IMG/VR virus record: IMGVR_UViG_3300041585_000108
Coordinates: 1-64,000 of that record
Direction: 5' to 3' (one strand)
DNA length: 64,000 nucleotides
DNA from: a virus
How positions within the stretch are numbered: position 1 is the stretch's first letter; every line of letters begins with the position of its first letter. The notes below the pieces were generated by a model. It was not told the origin of the DNA. It worked only from the letters and a program-made list of their open reading frames with translations, and searched no databases. Shown piece by piece: positions 8,518 to 17,098 of the stretch. The position numbers and the translations under genes are program-made.

Positions 8518-9322
8518 TGATTTCCTTTTCCCTTATCATAGAGTATATTTTGTAGTCTATGTTATTGTTCTCTAATATCTTATCTTTATCCTTACTGTTT
8601 AACATACTAATAAGTTTTTGTGTTGTATAAATTTGGCTTTTATATAAAGTTTCAGAAGAGTTTATAATTTTTTTTGGGTTTAAATTAATTTTAATATTAT
8701 GTTTATCCTCAAACCATTTAGATATTGAAATATAATGCAAGTCAATAGATTCTACTGTGTTTACAATATCAAAAGAATTAATTTTATTAATTGCATTATC
8801 AATAGAGGTTTTATCATTTTTTATAAACCAATTAAATGCCCTACCCAATTTAATTGAATGCCTGCTATAAACGTCTTCAATATTTTTTTCAAAATCTAAA
8901 GAATTTTTAAAAACTACTTCATCCGTAGGGTTACATATATGCCTAGACTGATAATTATTATGCTCAAAAAACTCTTCGTCTTCAAATAAGTAATATTTTA
9001 GCTTATCAAGATATCCGTCTATCGATCTGTATTTTACTGTATCTAAATCATTTCTCCCATGAATAAAATTAAAATAAGATACTCTAGCTTCTATGGGATT
9101 TCTAACCAAACATGATACGGATATTCCTGGAATTTTTTCTAAAGGATAAGTGCCAAAATGCCCAGAAATATAAGTCTCATTAGATATTGGGTATTCGTTT
9201 GGATAACGTGTACTAATATATGTTGAGATATTGTTTTTTTCTAACTCAGATTTTAATTCAGACGAAACACTTTTGCCAGCAGTTTTTGGAATATGTAAAA
9301 AATAAAGTCTATTTTTGTTCAT
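8501..9322 (-). CDS. Sulfotransferase family 2 protein
   Basis: FLHIPKTAG 5'-PSB loop and RNPIEARVSYF 3'-PB motif. Confidence 0.85.
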   Translation of the reverse strand: MNKNRLYFLHIPKTAGKSVSSELKSELEKNNISTYISTRYPNEYPISNETYISGHFGTYPLEKIPGISVSCLVRNPIEARVSYFNFIHGRNDLDTVKYRSIDGYLDKLKYYLFEDEEFFEHNNYQSRHICNPTDEVVFKNSLDFEKNIEDVYSRHSIKLGRAFNWFIKNDKTSIDNAINKINSFDIVNTVESIDLHYISISKWFEDKHNIKINLNPKKIINSSETLYKSQIYTTQKLISMLNSKDKDKILENNNIDYKIYSMIREKEINEKQN

Positions 9323-9536
9323 ATTTATTCTTTATCCTTATCCATTTGCCATAAGAGTTAGTTGTGCTAGACCCTATATACTCTTGTCCAGTTTCTAAAT
9401 CAATCAATAGCCATTTTCCAGGTGCTTTTGTATGAATTGTTAAATCTATAGCTTTTGTATATTCTTCTACTTCTGCCCCCTGATAAATTCTGGGCAAAAA
9501 GGGGTAGACATTGTTTAGCAAAATTCTTTTTTTCAT
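9309..9536 (-). CDS. Hypothetical protein
   Basis: ORF track. Confidence 0.65.
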   Translation of the reverse strand: MKKRILLNNVYPFLPRIYQGAEVEEYTKAIDLTIHTKAPGKWLLIDLETGQEYIGSSTTNSYGKWIRIKNKYEQK

Positions 9537-9629
9537 TAAATGTTTTACCCTTTCAAAGATAAAAAATTATTAATTCTCCTAATAATTAACAAATGGTAAA
9601 TAATTTTATGTACCATTGGCGTTTTATTA

Positions 9630-9818
9630 TTATATTTTTTTTCTACCTGTTTTTTTAGGTGGTCTTGGAGTTGTATTAATCTCACGACGAATGCCATGCT
9701 TATTTGTATCTAACTTAAGACCTTGACGAGGTTGTTTTCTTGGGGTCTCTCTACTTGTTATTGCCCCAGAAGGAGAATTATTAGGTGGAGGAGTCATGCC
9801 TGTACCATCATCACTCAT
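9630..9818 (-). CDS. Small basic hypothetical protein
   Basis: ORF track; overlaps upstream stop codon. Confidence 0.6.
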   Translation of the reverse strand: MSDDGTGMTPPPNNSPSGAITSRETPRKQPRQGLKLDTNKHGIRREINTTPRPPKKTGRKKI

Positions 9819-9960
9819 TTATAAATTGTTTTTTCTGTTCTGATTTAGAATTCATTTTTAAAGTTAAACCTGATTCTCCATCTACTGAAACGTCTTGAAT
9901 AGTTACTGGGATAATACCAGTTTCACTACCAACTGATTCGCATCCACATTCGTGACACAT
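9811..9960 (-). CDS. Small protein with N-terminal MCHECGC metal-binding motif
   Basis: Manual translation, 49 aa; TAATG coupling to upstream gene. Confidence 0.65.
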   Translation of the reverse strand: MCHECGCESVGSETGIIPVTIQDVSVDGESGLTLKMNSKSEQKKQFINE

Positions 9961-10169
9961 TATGCGCCTCTATTGGCGAATGCATTTGCCCAAAAGTTTG
10001 CTTTTTCATCCGCTGCTGGGGCCTCTACGACTGCTGGGGCCTCTACGACTGCTGGGGCCTCTACAACTGCTGCTGGGGCCTCTACGACTGCTGCTGGGGC
10101 CTCTACGACTGCTGGGGCCTCTACAACTGCTGCTGGGGCCTCTACGACTGCGTTATTTTCGTTTGTCAT
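9960..10169 (-). CDS. Low-complexity protein with (A)AVVEAP repeats
   Basis: In-frame 18/21-bp tandem repeats at ~10012-10150; TAATG coupling downstream. Confidence 0.7.
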   Translation of the reverse strand: MTNENNAVVEAPAAVVEAPAVVEAPAAVVEAPAAVVEAPAVVEAPAVVEAPAADEKANFWANAFANRGA

Positions 10170-10369
10170 TAAATCATATCCGATTCATCTGCACCAGAAA
10201 TTGGCAATGCCGAAGAAGATCCTTCTCCGTTAAGTCCCGCATTTCCTTGGGAAGACATATCTGTTGATGCAAAGGCTGCTGCTGGATCTGCAGCATATTG
10301 CTCTCCAATTGAGTGCTGAGTTCCGTTTTTTACTTCGTTAAATCCTGTTAAATTTATTCCATCTGTCAT
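10169..10369 (-). CDS. Small acidic hypothetical protein
   Basis: AGGAG SD; TATAAT at 10426-10431. Confidence 0.65.
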   Translation of the reverse strand: MTDGINLTGFNEVKNGTQHSIGEQYAADPAAAFASTDMSSQGNAGLNGEGSSSALPISGADESDMI

Positions 10370-10459
10370 TTTATTGCTCCTATAGGTTTTAATTTAGACG
10401 GTCCTAGAATGCCGTCTAGTTAACCATTATAGCATTTACTGCATATTAAGACTAGTAAA

Positions 10460-10634
10460 CTAAGATCCTTTTTGCTTTAATGCCTCTATATCCAGTTTTC
10501 TTATTCATAAATCCTGGCTTATTGTAGCCTGCTCTATTTGGAGCAGATGCAATTCTTTGAGCAAGGGATTTTCTATTTTATCTAAATGTCTCCCAGCTTA
10601 TGGTTTTTAAAGATGTTTTTTTACTTGATTCCAT
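10460..10634 (-). pseudogene. Truncated DUF2061-like gene joined to a start-less basic ORF remnant
   Basis: MESSKKTSLKTISWETFR* resembles the N-terminus of 662..865 but stops before the TM helices; SLAQRIASAPNRAGYNKPG... follows with no start codon. Confidence 0.6.
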
Positions 10635-10635
10635 T

Positions 10636-11418
10636 TTATTCTTCAATCATTTCTTTTACTAAAGAATGTATTGCTACAATATTTGTGTCCTCTGGATGAG
10701 GGCTTATTAGTATATCTGTTGCACCTATTTTTTTTAATGCATATATCTGATCTTTTACGCTTTCTTTGTTGCCATATATTGTCCACTGATCAGAACCCTT
10801 GCTATTTTTTAGCATACTATTTATTTTTTTTTCAGAGTTATCAATCATAACACTTAATGATATCATCTGTTTAGAGTTCTTAATAGTATTTGGATCTAAA
10901 TATGAATTCTTATGCATATTAAGCATTGCTAAATGAGTAGCATTATATTTTTCCGCCATTTTTCTTGTTTCATTTGAATGCCCTGCCATCACTATTTCTG
11001 ATACATTATTGCCAGCTAAAGGTAAAAATTTTTGCATCCATAAATCTGTATACTGTAGTCTTTTTTCTGGAGTATTTAAATCATCTGATTTAGAAACAAG
11101 GTCCAAGCTAGAAGTTTCTTCTAGATGTAGGTCTCCTGATACTATATTTAGCATTAGTCTATCAGGGGATATAGATGAAAATGCTTTACAAATCATGGCA
11201 CAATATTCTGGAGTAATTGCATAAGTTCTAATCGCGGGCATGTATTTAAATTTATGATTAGTATTTAGCACCCTAGCCGCTTTTATCCAGCTATCTTCTA
11301 GCTTTGAATGATAAACAAGCAGTGTAGATTCATATCCAAACTCGTCTAGTATATTTGATACAGTCTTTAAATGGGATACGCTTGTATCCCCGCCTCTTTC
11401 CATCCAATGAAATCTCAT
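10636..11418 (-). CDS. Luciferase-like (LLM) flavin-dependent monooxygenase, SsuD-like
   Basis: DEFGYESTLL, D.WI.AA, KYMPAIR and RLMLNIVSG motifs. Confidence 0.8.
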   Translation of the reverse strand: MRFHWMERGGDTSVSHLKTVSNILDEFGYESTLLVYHSKLEDSWIKAARVLNTNHKFKYMPAIRTYAITPEYCAMICKAFSSISPDRLMLNIVSGDLHLEETSSLDLVSKSDDLNTPEKRLQYTDLWMQKFLPLAGNNVSEIVMAGHSNETRKMAEKYNATHLAMLNMHKNSYLDPNTIKNSKQMISLSVMIDNSEKKINSMLKNSKGSDQWTIYGNKESVKDQIYALKKIGATDILISPHPEDTNIVAIHSLVKEMIEE

Positions 11419-11478
11419 ATTACCATTCTATCATTTATGTAGTAAGGGGGCAAGGCTGTTAACTATGACTTACAATGA

Positions 11479-11763
11479 CTAATTAGCCTTTTTGTCTACA
11501 GTCCTAAATGCATCATTTATTTCTGTTAATGATAACCTGCCATCGTCTAAAAAAGCCCTTGCAAGCCTTTCAATGACTGTTGCTACGCCTAACAAACCTG
11601 CAAGCATAATTGCCTGAACTGTTTCAATTCCTACTACTGCTCCAGCACCAAGTACTGATAAACCAGAAGCAGCGAACACTGCAACAATACGCATTAAGAT
11701 ATTTGGAAGAGCCTTCTGTGAGCTCTCTTTTTTTGGAGCTACGAATACTTTTTTAGTTGTCAT
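11479..11763 (-). CDS. Small membrane protein (possible holin)
   Basis: Two hydrophobic helices with charged termini. Confidence 0.5.
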   Translation of the reverse strand: MTTKKVFVAPKKESSQKALPNILMRIVAVFAASGLSVLGAGAVVGIETVQAIMLAGLLGVATVIERLARAFLDDGRLSLTEINDAFRTVDKKAN

Positions 11764-11764
11764 T

Positions 11765-11932
11765 TTAGTCCTCCTCTCTATTTCTAATTTTATATGTTAG
11801 TGCCCAGAATATTAGCGTGAATACAATTCCGTATCCAACAACATCTTTTGCGCTGCCATCTAAGACAACCCAGGCGATAAACATACCCAGGAGTGTCCAT
11901 GCTTGATCTATCATATCTTTGATGATTTTCAT
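11765..11932 (-). CDS. Small two-TM membrane protein
   Basis: Manual translation [46 protein letters not shown]... Confidence 0.65.
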   Translation of the reverse strand: MKIIKDMIDQAWTLLGMFIAWVVLDGSAKDVVGYGIVFTLIFWALTYKIRNREED

Positions 11933-13296
11933 CACTTTCCTTTCCTCCTTCTCATACCCTTGGATTCTCCTGAAGAGCCTCCTCCACCTGAACCTCCTCT
12001 TGAATTAGAAGAGCCTCCTCCAGTGGATCCTGCTGCACCTGCTGCATTTATAGCAGCCCCTGTAGCAATAACTGTTACAACAACCATCTTGGTTGCTTCT
12101 TTTCTTTCTGCTGGAGACATGTCTGCCCCAATACTTCCTAGGGCTGCTAATGCTGCTCCTGGATTTGAAAATAATTCTGCAGTAAATGCGGCTGGATCTG
12201 ATATGAGTTCAACTTGAGCAGCGACTTCTGCAGTAATTATAACTTCGTTTTCGTTCTCATCCTGTCTAACCTCAACAGGAGTTTCTGGTGGTAAATCTTG
12301 ATACTCAATTCCTGCTTCTTTTATTTCCGCAGAAGTAAGTGCTTCATTTGGTGCTAATGATGCTACAAGAACTCCAGCAACTGCTATTTTTTCTTCATTA
12401 GTAATAGGCTTAGGTTGTCTTGGCTGTGGCCCTAGTTCTGGCTTTGGTTCTGGCTGTGGCCCTAGTTCTGGCTTTGGCTGTGGCTGTGGCTGAGGTTCTG
12501 GTTGTAGCTGTGGCCCTAGTTCTGGCTTTGGTTCTGGCTTTGGTTCTGGCTTTGGTTCTGGCTGTGGCTGTGGCTTTGGCCCTAGTTCTGGCTTTGGTTC
12601 TGGCTGTGGCTGTGGCTTTGGTTCTGGCTTTGGTTCTGGCTGTGGCTGTGGCTGTGGCCCTAGTTCTGGCTTTGGTTCTGGCTGTGGCTGTGGCTGTGGC
12701 CCTAGTTCTGGCTTTGGCTGTGGCTGTGGCTGAGGTTCTGGTTGTGGCTGTGGCCCTAGTTCTGGCTTTGGTTCTGGCTGTGGCTGTGGCTGTGGCCCTA
12801 GTTCTGGCTTTGGTTCTGGCTGTGGCTGTGGCTGAGGTTCTGGTTGTGGTTGTGGCTGAGGTTCTGGTTGTGGTTGTGGTTGAACTACTGGTGGCAATGG
12901 TGTTGGCTCAGGAGTCGGTTCGGGTTGGGGTTGAGGTTGCGGTGAAGGCTCTGGCTCAGTTGAAGGTTCAGGCTGCGGTGTTGGACTCACAGAAGGCCCA
13001 GGACTAGGTGATGGAAATGGCTGCGCTGTTTGTGTTGGCTCTGAGTTTGGGTTTGATTCTGGGGTACTGGTCGGCAATGGTGAGGATTGCTCGTTTGGAG
13101 CGGGACTTGGTGAAGGCTCTGGAGTCGTTGACGGTGTTGAAGGAGCAGGTTCTGAGCTTGGGCTTTGAGAAGAATCGGCTGCGTGAGCTTTATCTATGCC
13201 AAGGAGCAGGGGTGCTGATACAAGTATTAATACTAAAACTATGCGTAATAATTTTTTTATTTTCCTCATCTCCCTCTGCATAATAATGTTTAGCAA
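11932..13296 (-). CDS. Exported Pro/Gln/Glu-repeat protein with C-terminal membrane anchor
   Basis: Signal peptide ending AHA; long [12 protein letters not shown] repeat stalk; C-terminal hydrophobic segment and RRRKGK tail. Confidence 0.8.
   Translation of the reverse strand: MLNIIMQREMRKIKKLLRIVLVLILVSAPLLLGIDKAHAADSSQSPSSEPAPSTPSTTPEPSPSPAPNEQSSPLPTSTPESNPNSEPTQTAQPFPSPSPGPSVSPTPQPEPSTEPEPSPQPQPQPEPTPEPTPLPPVVQPQPQPEPQPQPQPEPQPQPQPEPKPELGPQPQPQPEPKPELGPQPQPEPQPQPQPKPELGPQPQPQPEPKPELGPQPQPQPEPKPEPKPQPQPEPKPELGPKPQPQPEPKPEPKPEPKPELGPQLQPEPQPQPQPKPELGPQPEPKPELGPQPRQPKPITNEEKIAVAGVLVASLAPNEALTSAEIKEAGIEYQDLPPETPVEVRQDENENEVIITAEVAAQVELISDPAAFTAELFSNPGAALAALGSIGADMSPAERKEATKMVVVTVIATGAAINAAGAAGSTGGGSSNSRGGSGGGGSSGESKGMRRRKGK
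12415..12880. repeat. Coding tandem repeat (6-bp-based units encoding [10 protein letters not shown])
   Basis: Read directly from the sequence. Confidence 0.95.
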
Positions 13297-13320
13297 GATA
13301 ATTATATCATTTTATTATAC

Positions 13321-13351
13321 AAAAAAGGGACCTACATAAGCAGATCCCTTT
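13321..13351 (-). terminator. Probable intrinsic terminator
   Basis: AAAGGGA...TCCCTTT stem followed by a T-run on the minus strand. Confidence 0.6.
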
Positions 13352-13364
13352 AGTGTTGGACTGA

Positions 13365-13530
13365 TTACTTCTTTAACGTAACCTTAGTCTTAGGATTCTT
13401 TGCATTCCACTTCTTAGCAAGAGCATTGTACTGTAACGAAAAGTGGTGCTGCCGAAGATGTTGATACAGAAACTGACATAATTGCTAGGGCTGCAGCAGT
13501 AGCAATTGAGATTTTTTTAAATGAATTCAT
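13365..13530 (-). pseudogene. Internally deleted secreted-protein gene
   Basis: AAGGAG SD, complete signal peptide MNSFKKISIATAAALAIMSVSVSTSSA-AP, stop after 38 aa; out-of-frame tail YNALAKKWNAKNPKTKVTLKK* ends just before the terminator. Confidence 0.65.
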
Positions 13531-13572
13531 CGTTCTCCTTATTTTAATCTAATCCTAAAACGAATTAAAAAC

Positions 13573-13743
13573 TTAGTTTAATTCTATTACTTTTACTTGA
13601 AAAGAACAAGGGTCTCCACCCTCATCCCACTCTTGCATTTCTTCGTCTGACATGGGGGGGCTATCATGTGTATTGCAAAATACATCTGAGATCCATCCTC
13701 TTTTATAGCCATTTTCTAGCCATATTTCAAACTCTAAATCCAT
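13573..13743 (-). CDS. Small hypothetical protein (FCNTHD...GGDPC)
   Basis: Manual translation, 56 aa. Confidence 0.65.
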   Translation of the reverse strand: MDLEFEIWLENGYKRGWISDVFCNTHDSPPMSDEEMQEWDEGGDPCSFQVKVIELN

Positions 13744-14036
13744 TTTGATAGCTCTTCAAGCATAACATGCTTTGGTTTTGCGCCATTAATTGTTTTTACT
13801 GGCTTACCAAATTTAAATAAAATCATAGTTGGAATAGTTTTGATTTCAAACTGATCGGATTTAATTGGGTTTTCATCAACATTTAGTTTCCCAACCCACA
13901 AACCCTTTTCAATAGAAATTTCATCTAGTATAGGAGATACTTTTTTACATGGTCCACACCATTCAGCCCAAAAATCAATGAGTATTAAATCGTGTGATAG
14001 CAAAGTACTTTCAAAGCTTTTATCTGTTACCTTCAT
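13734..14036 (-). CDS. trxA: Thioredoxin
   Basis: WAEWCGPC active site. Confidence 0.95.
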   Translation of the reverse strand: MKVTDKSFESTLLSHDLILIDFWAEWCGPCKKVSPILDEISIEKGLWVGKLNVDENPIKSDQFEIKTIPTMILFKFGKPVKTINGAKPKHVMLEELSKWI

Positions 14037-14242
14037 GGTTGATCTTTTAAAGCTTTTGCTGCGGCGTTAAACCTAAGCATAAACTCTTGTATAACCCAAA
14101 ATGTTGTTTCGCCAGCATTTTTAGACATAGCTTCAGATATTTCTAATGTTCGATCTTCTTCTGCTAGTGCGTTATACCATTTTTGATAAAGCTCTTGTCC
14201 TAAATCTTTAACTATTCCATCTAAAACTGTAATATTAGACAT
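14033..14242 (-). CDS. Hypothetical protein
   Basis: ORF track; coupled overlaps. Confidence 0.65.
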   Translation of the reverse strand: MSNITVLDGIVKDLGQELYQKWYNALAEEDRTLEISEAMSKNAGETTFWVIQEFMLRFNAAAKALKDQP

Positions 14243-15380
14243 TTAATTTTGCCATCCATAATGCTTTAGTTGCTTCAAGCTTATCCTGAGCCGCTTTTAA
14301 TTCATTAGCATACTGCAATTCTGCTGCTGCAATGGCTATATCAACTTGAATCTTTACTAATGCCTTTTTAGCTGCTAAAGAGTCTGCTAAAATTTTTGCT
14401 GCTAAAGAGTCTGCTTGTGCTTTTTCTAATGCTATTTGCTCATTAGTTTTTGCTATTACTGGGGAAGAAGAAGTATTAATAATAGGCATAAGCTTATTAA
14501 ATGTTCCCTGACGACCAACTGTTTTTGTTGAGATACTTTTTAAATAATCAATCATTTTTTGTCCAGAATAACCAAAATTATCAATTGCGCTTAAATAAGT
14601 TGCAGCAGCAACCTGTGTTGCACCAGATGTTCCAGCAGTATTTTTAACAATATTGTTTGGTCCAGTAAGAGGCATGTTCCCTTTGGCAAAAAAATCTAAA
14701 AGCAAGTTGTCATTATTACTATAAGATGCAATTTCATTAATTTGATCTACTGCACCTATTGATACTACCTCTGAAATACATGATGGCCAATCAATTCTTG
14801 AGTAATCACGAGCATTACCTGCTGCAGAAAATACTGGTATGTTGGCTGACATTAAATTTTGAACTGCAGTTACTGTGCGAGGGAATGTAGGGCAATACTG
14901 TTCTCCTGAAGAGATGTGTAATCCTGAACTGCCTTGTGATATTGAAACTGCTTTGATGTTGTACCTAGATGCATTTTCTGAAACCCAAGCTAAGGCAGAA
15001 GATATTGTTGTTTCTCCAGCAGGCTTTCTTAATCCAGTTGAAGTGTGTGCAATAATTTTAATAAAAAGAATTTTAATATTTGAATTAGTTCGCACTGCTG
15101 CCGATGCCATCATTGTGCCGTGATCAAATCCATTTTTAACAATAAGATCCGAAGACATAGACGCTGATCCAGCACCTTCTTGAAAATTAGTTCCATTAGG
15201 ACACAAATCCCACTGAAGAATACAAACTTCTCCTACAATTTTGTTTTGAAATTCAGGCAAGGAGGTATCGATTGCAGTATCTAGAATTGCTAAAACTGGT
15301 GCATCGTTATTAGCCTGTGCAATTGCAACAGGAGACAGAAGTGATAAGGTAAGTACCGCCGTGATTAGTTTATTTTTCAT
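14235..15380 (-). CDS. Secreted S8 (subtilisin-like) serine protease
   Basis: Signal peptide; ILDTAID, HGT, AAGN and GTS catalytic motifs; Ala/Lys-rich coiled tail. Confidence 0.9.
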   Translation of the reverse strand: MKNKLITAVLTLSLLSPVAIAQANNDAPVLAILDTAIDTSLPEFQNKIVGEVCILQWDLCPNGTNFQEGAGSASMSSDLIVKNGFDHGTMMASAAVRTNSNIKILFIKIIAHTSTGLRKPAGETTISSALAWVSENASRYNIKAVSISQGSSGLHISSGEQYCPTFPRTVTAVQNLMSANIPVFSAAGNARDYSRIDWPSCISEVVSIGAVDQINEIASYSNNDNLLLDFFAKGNMPLTGPNNIVKNTAGTSGATQVAAATYLSAIDNFGYSGQKMIDYLKSISTKTVGRQGTFNKLMPIINTSSSPVIAKTNEQIALEKAQADSLAAKILADSLAAKKALVKIQVDIAIAAAELQYANELKAAQDKLEATKALWMAKLNV

Positions 15381-15386
15381 ATCTTA

Positions 15387-15414
15387 ATTGTACTAAATAT
15401 TAAAATATTGTCAA
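15387..15414 (-). promoter_or_regulatory. Promoter TTGACA-16-TACAAT giving a leaderless protease mRNA
   Basis: ATG 6 nt after -10 box; no SD. Confidence 0.7.
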
Positions 15415-15563
15415 GGGTTATTCTTATACCATTTACCAGACTCTAAAATACTTAATTTTTCTTTTTCTATAAGCTCATTTACTAATAAAATCAATACGTC
15501 TGTGATGGATGAAATTTGTTCTACTTTACTTTCTAATTGTTTAATTCTTTTAGATTTACTCAA
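15411..15563 (-). CDS. Small hypothetical protein
   Basis: Manual translation, 50 aa, TTG start. Confidence 0.5.
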   Translation of the reverse strand: MSKSKRIKQLESKVEQISSITDVLILLVNELIEKEKLSILESGKWYKNNP

Positions 15564-15921
15564 TTATATTCCTGTCTAATAATGTTGGTGCTGTTGCTAA
15601 ACTTCCGCAGGCAAGGCACTCCATGTCTAAATAATAGGTTGCTATTTCATAATCTTCAAAGGCAACCTTAACTAACCAAACTCCAGATCCGCAGGGGCAT
15701 ACGTGTGTTGGGGTTCCTCTTAAATCAATAGCTTTGTCGTAATCTATGGGAGGAACATACTGAGGATCATTTTCTTGAGCTATCTTTAGTATGTCCTGCA
15801 CTGCTTCTTCATACTTATCTATGTAGTAGAACCCAAGCTTAAACCTTCTAAAAAATATTCTAGCAAAAAGGGATAGTGATATTAAACTTATTGTGATTGA
15901 TATAATTAATGCTATCCTCAT
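15556..15921 (-). CDS. Membrane-anchored Zn-ribbon protein
   Basis: N-terminal TM helix; CPCG...CLACG. Confidence 0.65.
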   Translation of the reverse strand: MRIALIISITISLISLSLFARIFFRRFKLGFYYIDKYEEAVQDILKIAQENDPQYVPPIDYDKAIDLRGTPTHVCPCGSGVWLVKVAFEDYEIATYYLDMECLACGSLATAPTLLDRNIIE

Positions 15922-15935
15922 ATAAAAATTATACC

Positions 15936-16490
15936 TTAAACCTGTATATATGTAAAGGGTGCAGATACGGACATATTAAATTCTGCGGCTGCTTCTAAAG
16001 CTGCCTTAAGTCTTACTTTTGGGTTTTTTTGATTTTTAGTGGCATGTAAAGCTCCCAGTGCTATTGATCCACCGCTTCCTTCTGCCATATAGTTAACTAT
16101 GTTTTCTCCAACATGAAAGTCTTCATCTATAGTAAAGATTCTACCTTCTAGCCCAACAATAAATATTCCGCCTGTGTCTTCATCTGTTCCGCCTATATCT
16201 CCAAAGCCATGCTCTTTGAATGTAAGCTTGACTGAATCTACAAACTTAGTTCTTAAAAATTTATCTAAACCTGAGTTTGTTTTTGTTGGAGTATACTTTG
16301 GTGGGGTCCAAGAGTACTGAAGTATTTGCCCCATTCTAAAAGAGTCCGTAAATGCAATAGCATACTGACCAACCTTAAAGCATTTAGGCTCTTTTCTTGC
16401 TATTATCCATCCGCTTTTATCATCAGATGCAGCGTGGTCGGAACCCATATAAACAGTTCCATTTTGAGCAATAGCCACAATACAGGTCAT
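15936..16490 (-). CDS. Ntn-hydrolase / HslV-like peptidase
   Basis: N-terminal MTCIVA..MGSD, GSG..ALGAL and VSAPF motifs. Confidence 0.8.
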   Translation of the reverse strand: MTCIVAIAQNGTVYMGSDHAASDDKSGWIIARKEPKCFKVGQYAIAFTDSFRMGQILQYSWTPPKYTPTKTNSGLDKFLRTKFVDSVKLTFKEHGFGDIGGTDEDTGGIFIVGLEGRIFTIDEDFHVGENIVNYMAEGSGGSIALGALHATKNQKNPKVRLKAALEAAAEFNMSVSAPFTYIQV

Positions 16491-16522
16491 AACTTAATTA
16501 TACTAAATTTAAATTCGAAAGT

Positions 16523-16840
16523 CTACTCATCAAGCCTATCCATATCTATATGTATTCCAATATGGTCTATTTTGCTTAAACAAGCATCTAAATCTGATTT
16601 TACATGTATAAGCTCTTGTAATGCCTCATAGTATTTATCTTTCCACTCATCTAAATCTTTTTCTAATTTGTACAATTTTATTTGTAGGTCTTTTAATTCT
16701 ATAAGCAGCCCATCATGAGCTTTTTCACTTAACCGAATAAACTCTTTTTTCTTCTGGATTTTGTAATTAAATAAAACTCCTACTAAACCACTAGAAATAG
16801 AAGCAATTAAAGTTACAATTATCTGAGTATATGTTGGCAT
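16523..16840 (-). CDS. TM plus coiled-coil protein
   Basis: ORF track; N-terminal hydrophobic helix. Confidence 0.6.
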   Translation of the reverse strand: MPTYTQIIVTLIASISSGLVGVLFNYKIQKKKEFIRLSEKAHDGLLIELKDLQIKLYKLEKDLDEWKDKYYEALQELIHVKSDLDACLSKIDHIGIHIDMDRLDE

Positions 16841-16861
16841 TATTACATAATTATACCTTAT

Positions 16862-17098
16862 TTAAACTAACAATTCAGAAGCTTTTATTTCTTCTCCTGC
16901 ATATCTTTTCTTTGTAATATAATCTTTAACAATTTCATGCCCATATTGTCTTCCAGATAGTATTACTGTCCATCTAGGCTCTAGTTTATTTGAAATACAT
17001 GTTTCGCACATTAATAAATTAATGGGCAATAATGCAGATCTTTTTAAGACTAAATTTGCCTTACTCTTATTGCAACAATAACATAATACTTTTTCCAT
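16862..17098 (-). CDS. Zn-binding hypothetical protein
   Basis: CYCC...CETC. Confidence 0.65.
   Translation of the reverse strand: MEKVLCYCCNKSKANLVLKRSALLPINLLMCETCISNKLEPRWTVILSGRQYGHEIVKDYITKKRYAGEEIKASELLV

Noticed and set aside
9952-10267. Plus-strand repeat ORFs (AGASTT / LLGPLRL)
   Set aside because: Antisense shadows of the AVVEAP-repeat gene; no SD, and all real genes are on the minus strand.
12415-13007. Long repeat tract as a CRISPR array, and the 195-aa plus-strand Val/Ala/Leu ORF
   Set aside because: Units are in-frame codon repeats without unique spacers; the plus-strand ORF is the antisense shadow of the Pro/Gln repeats.
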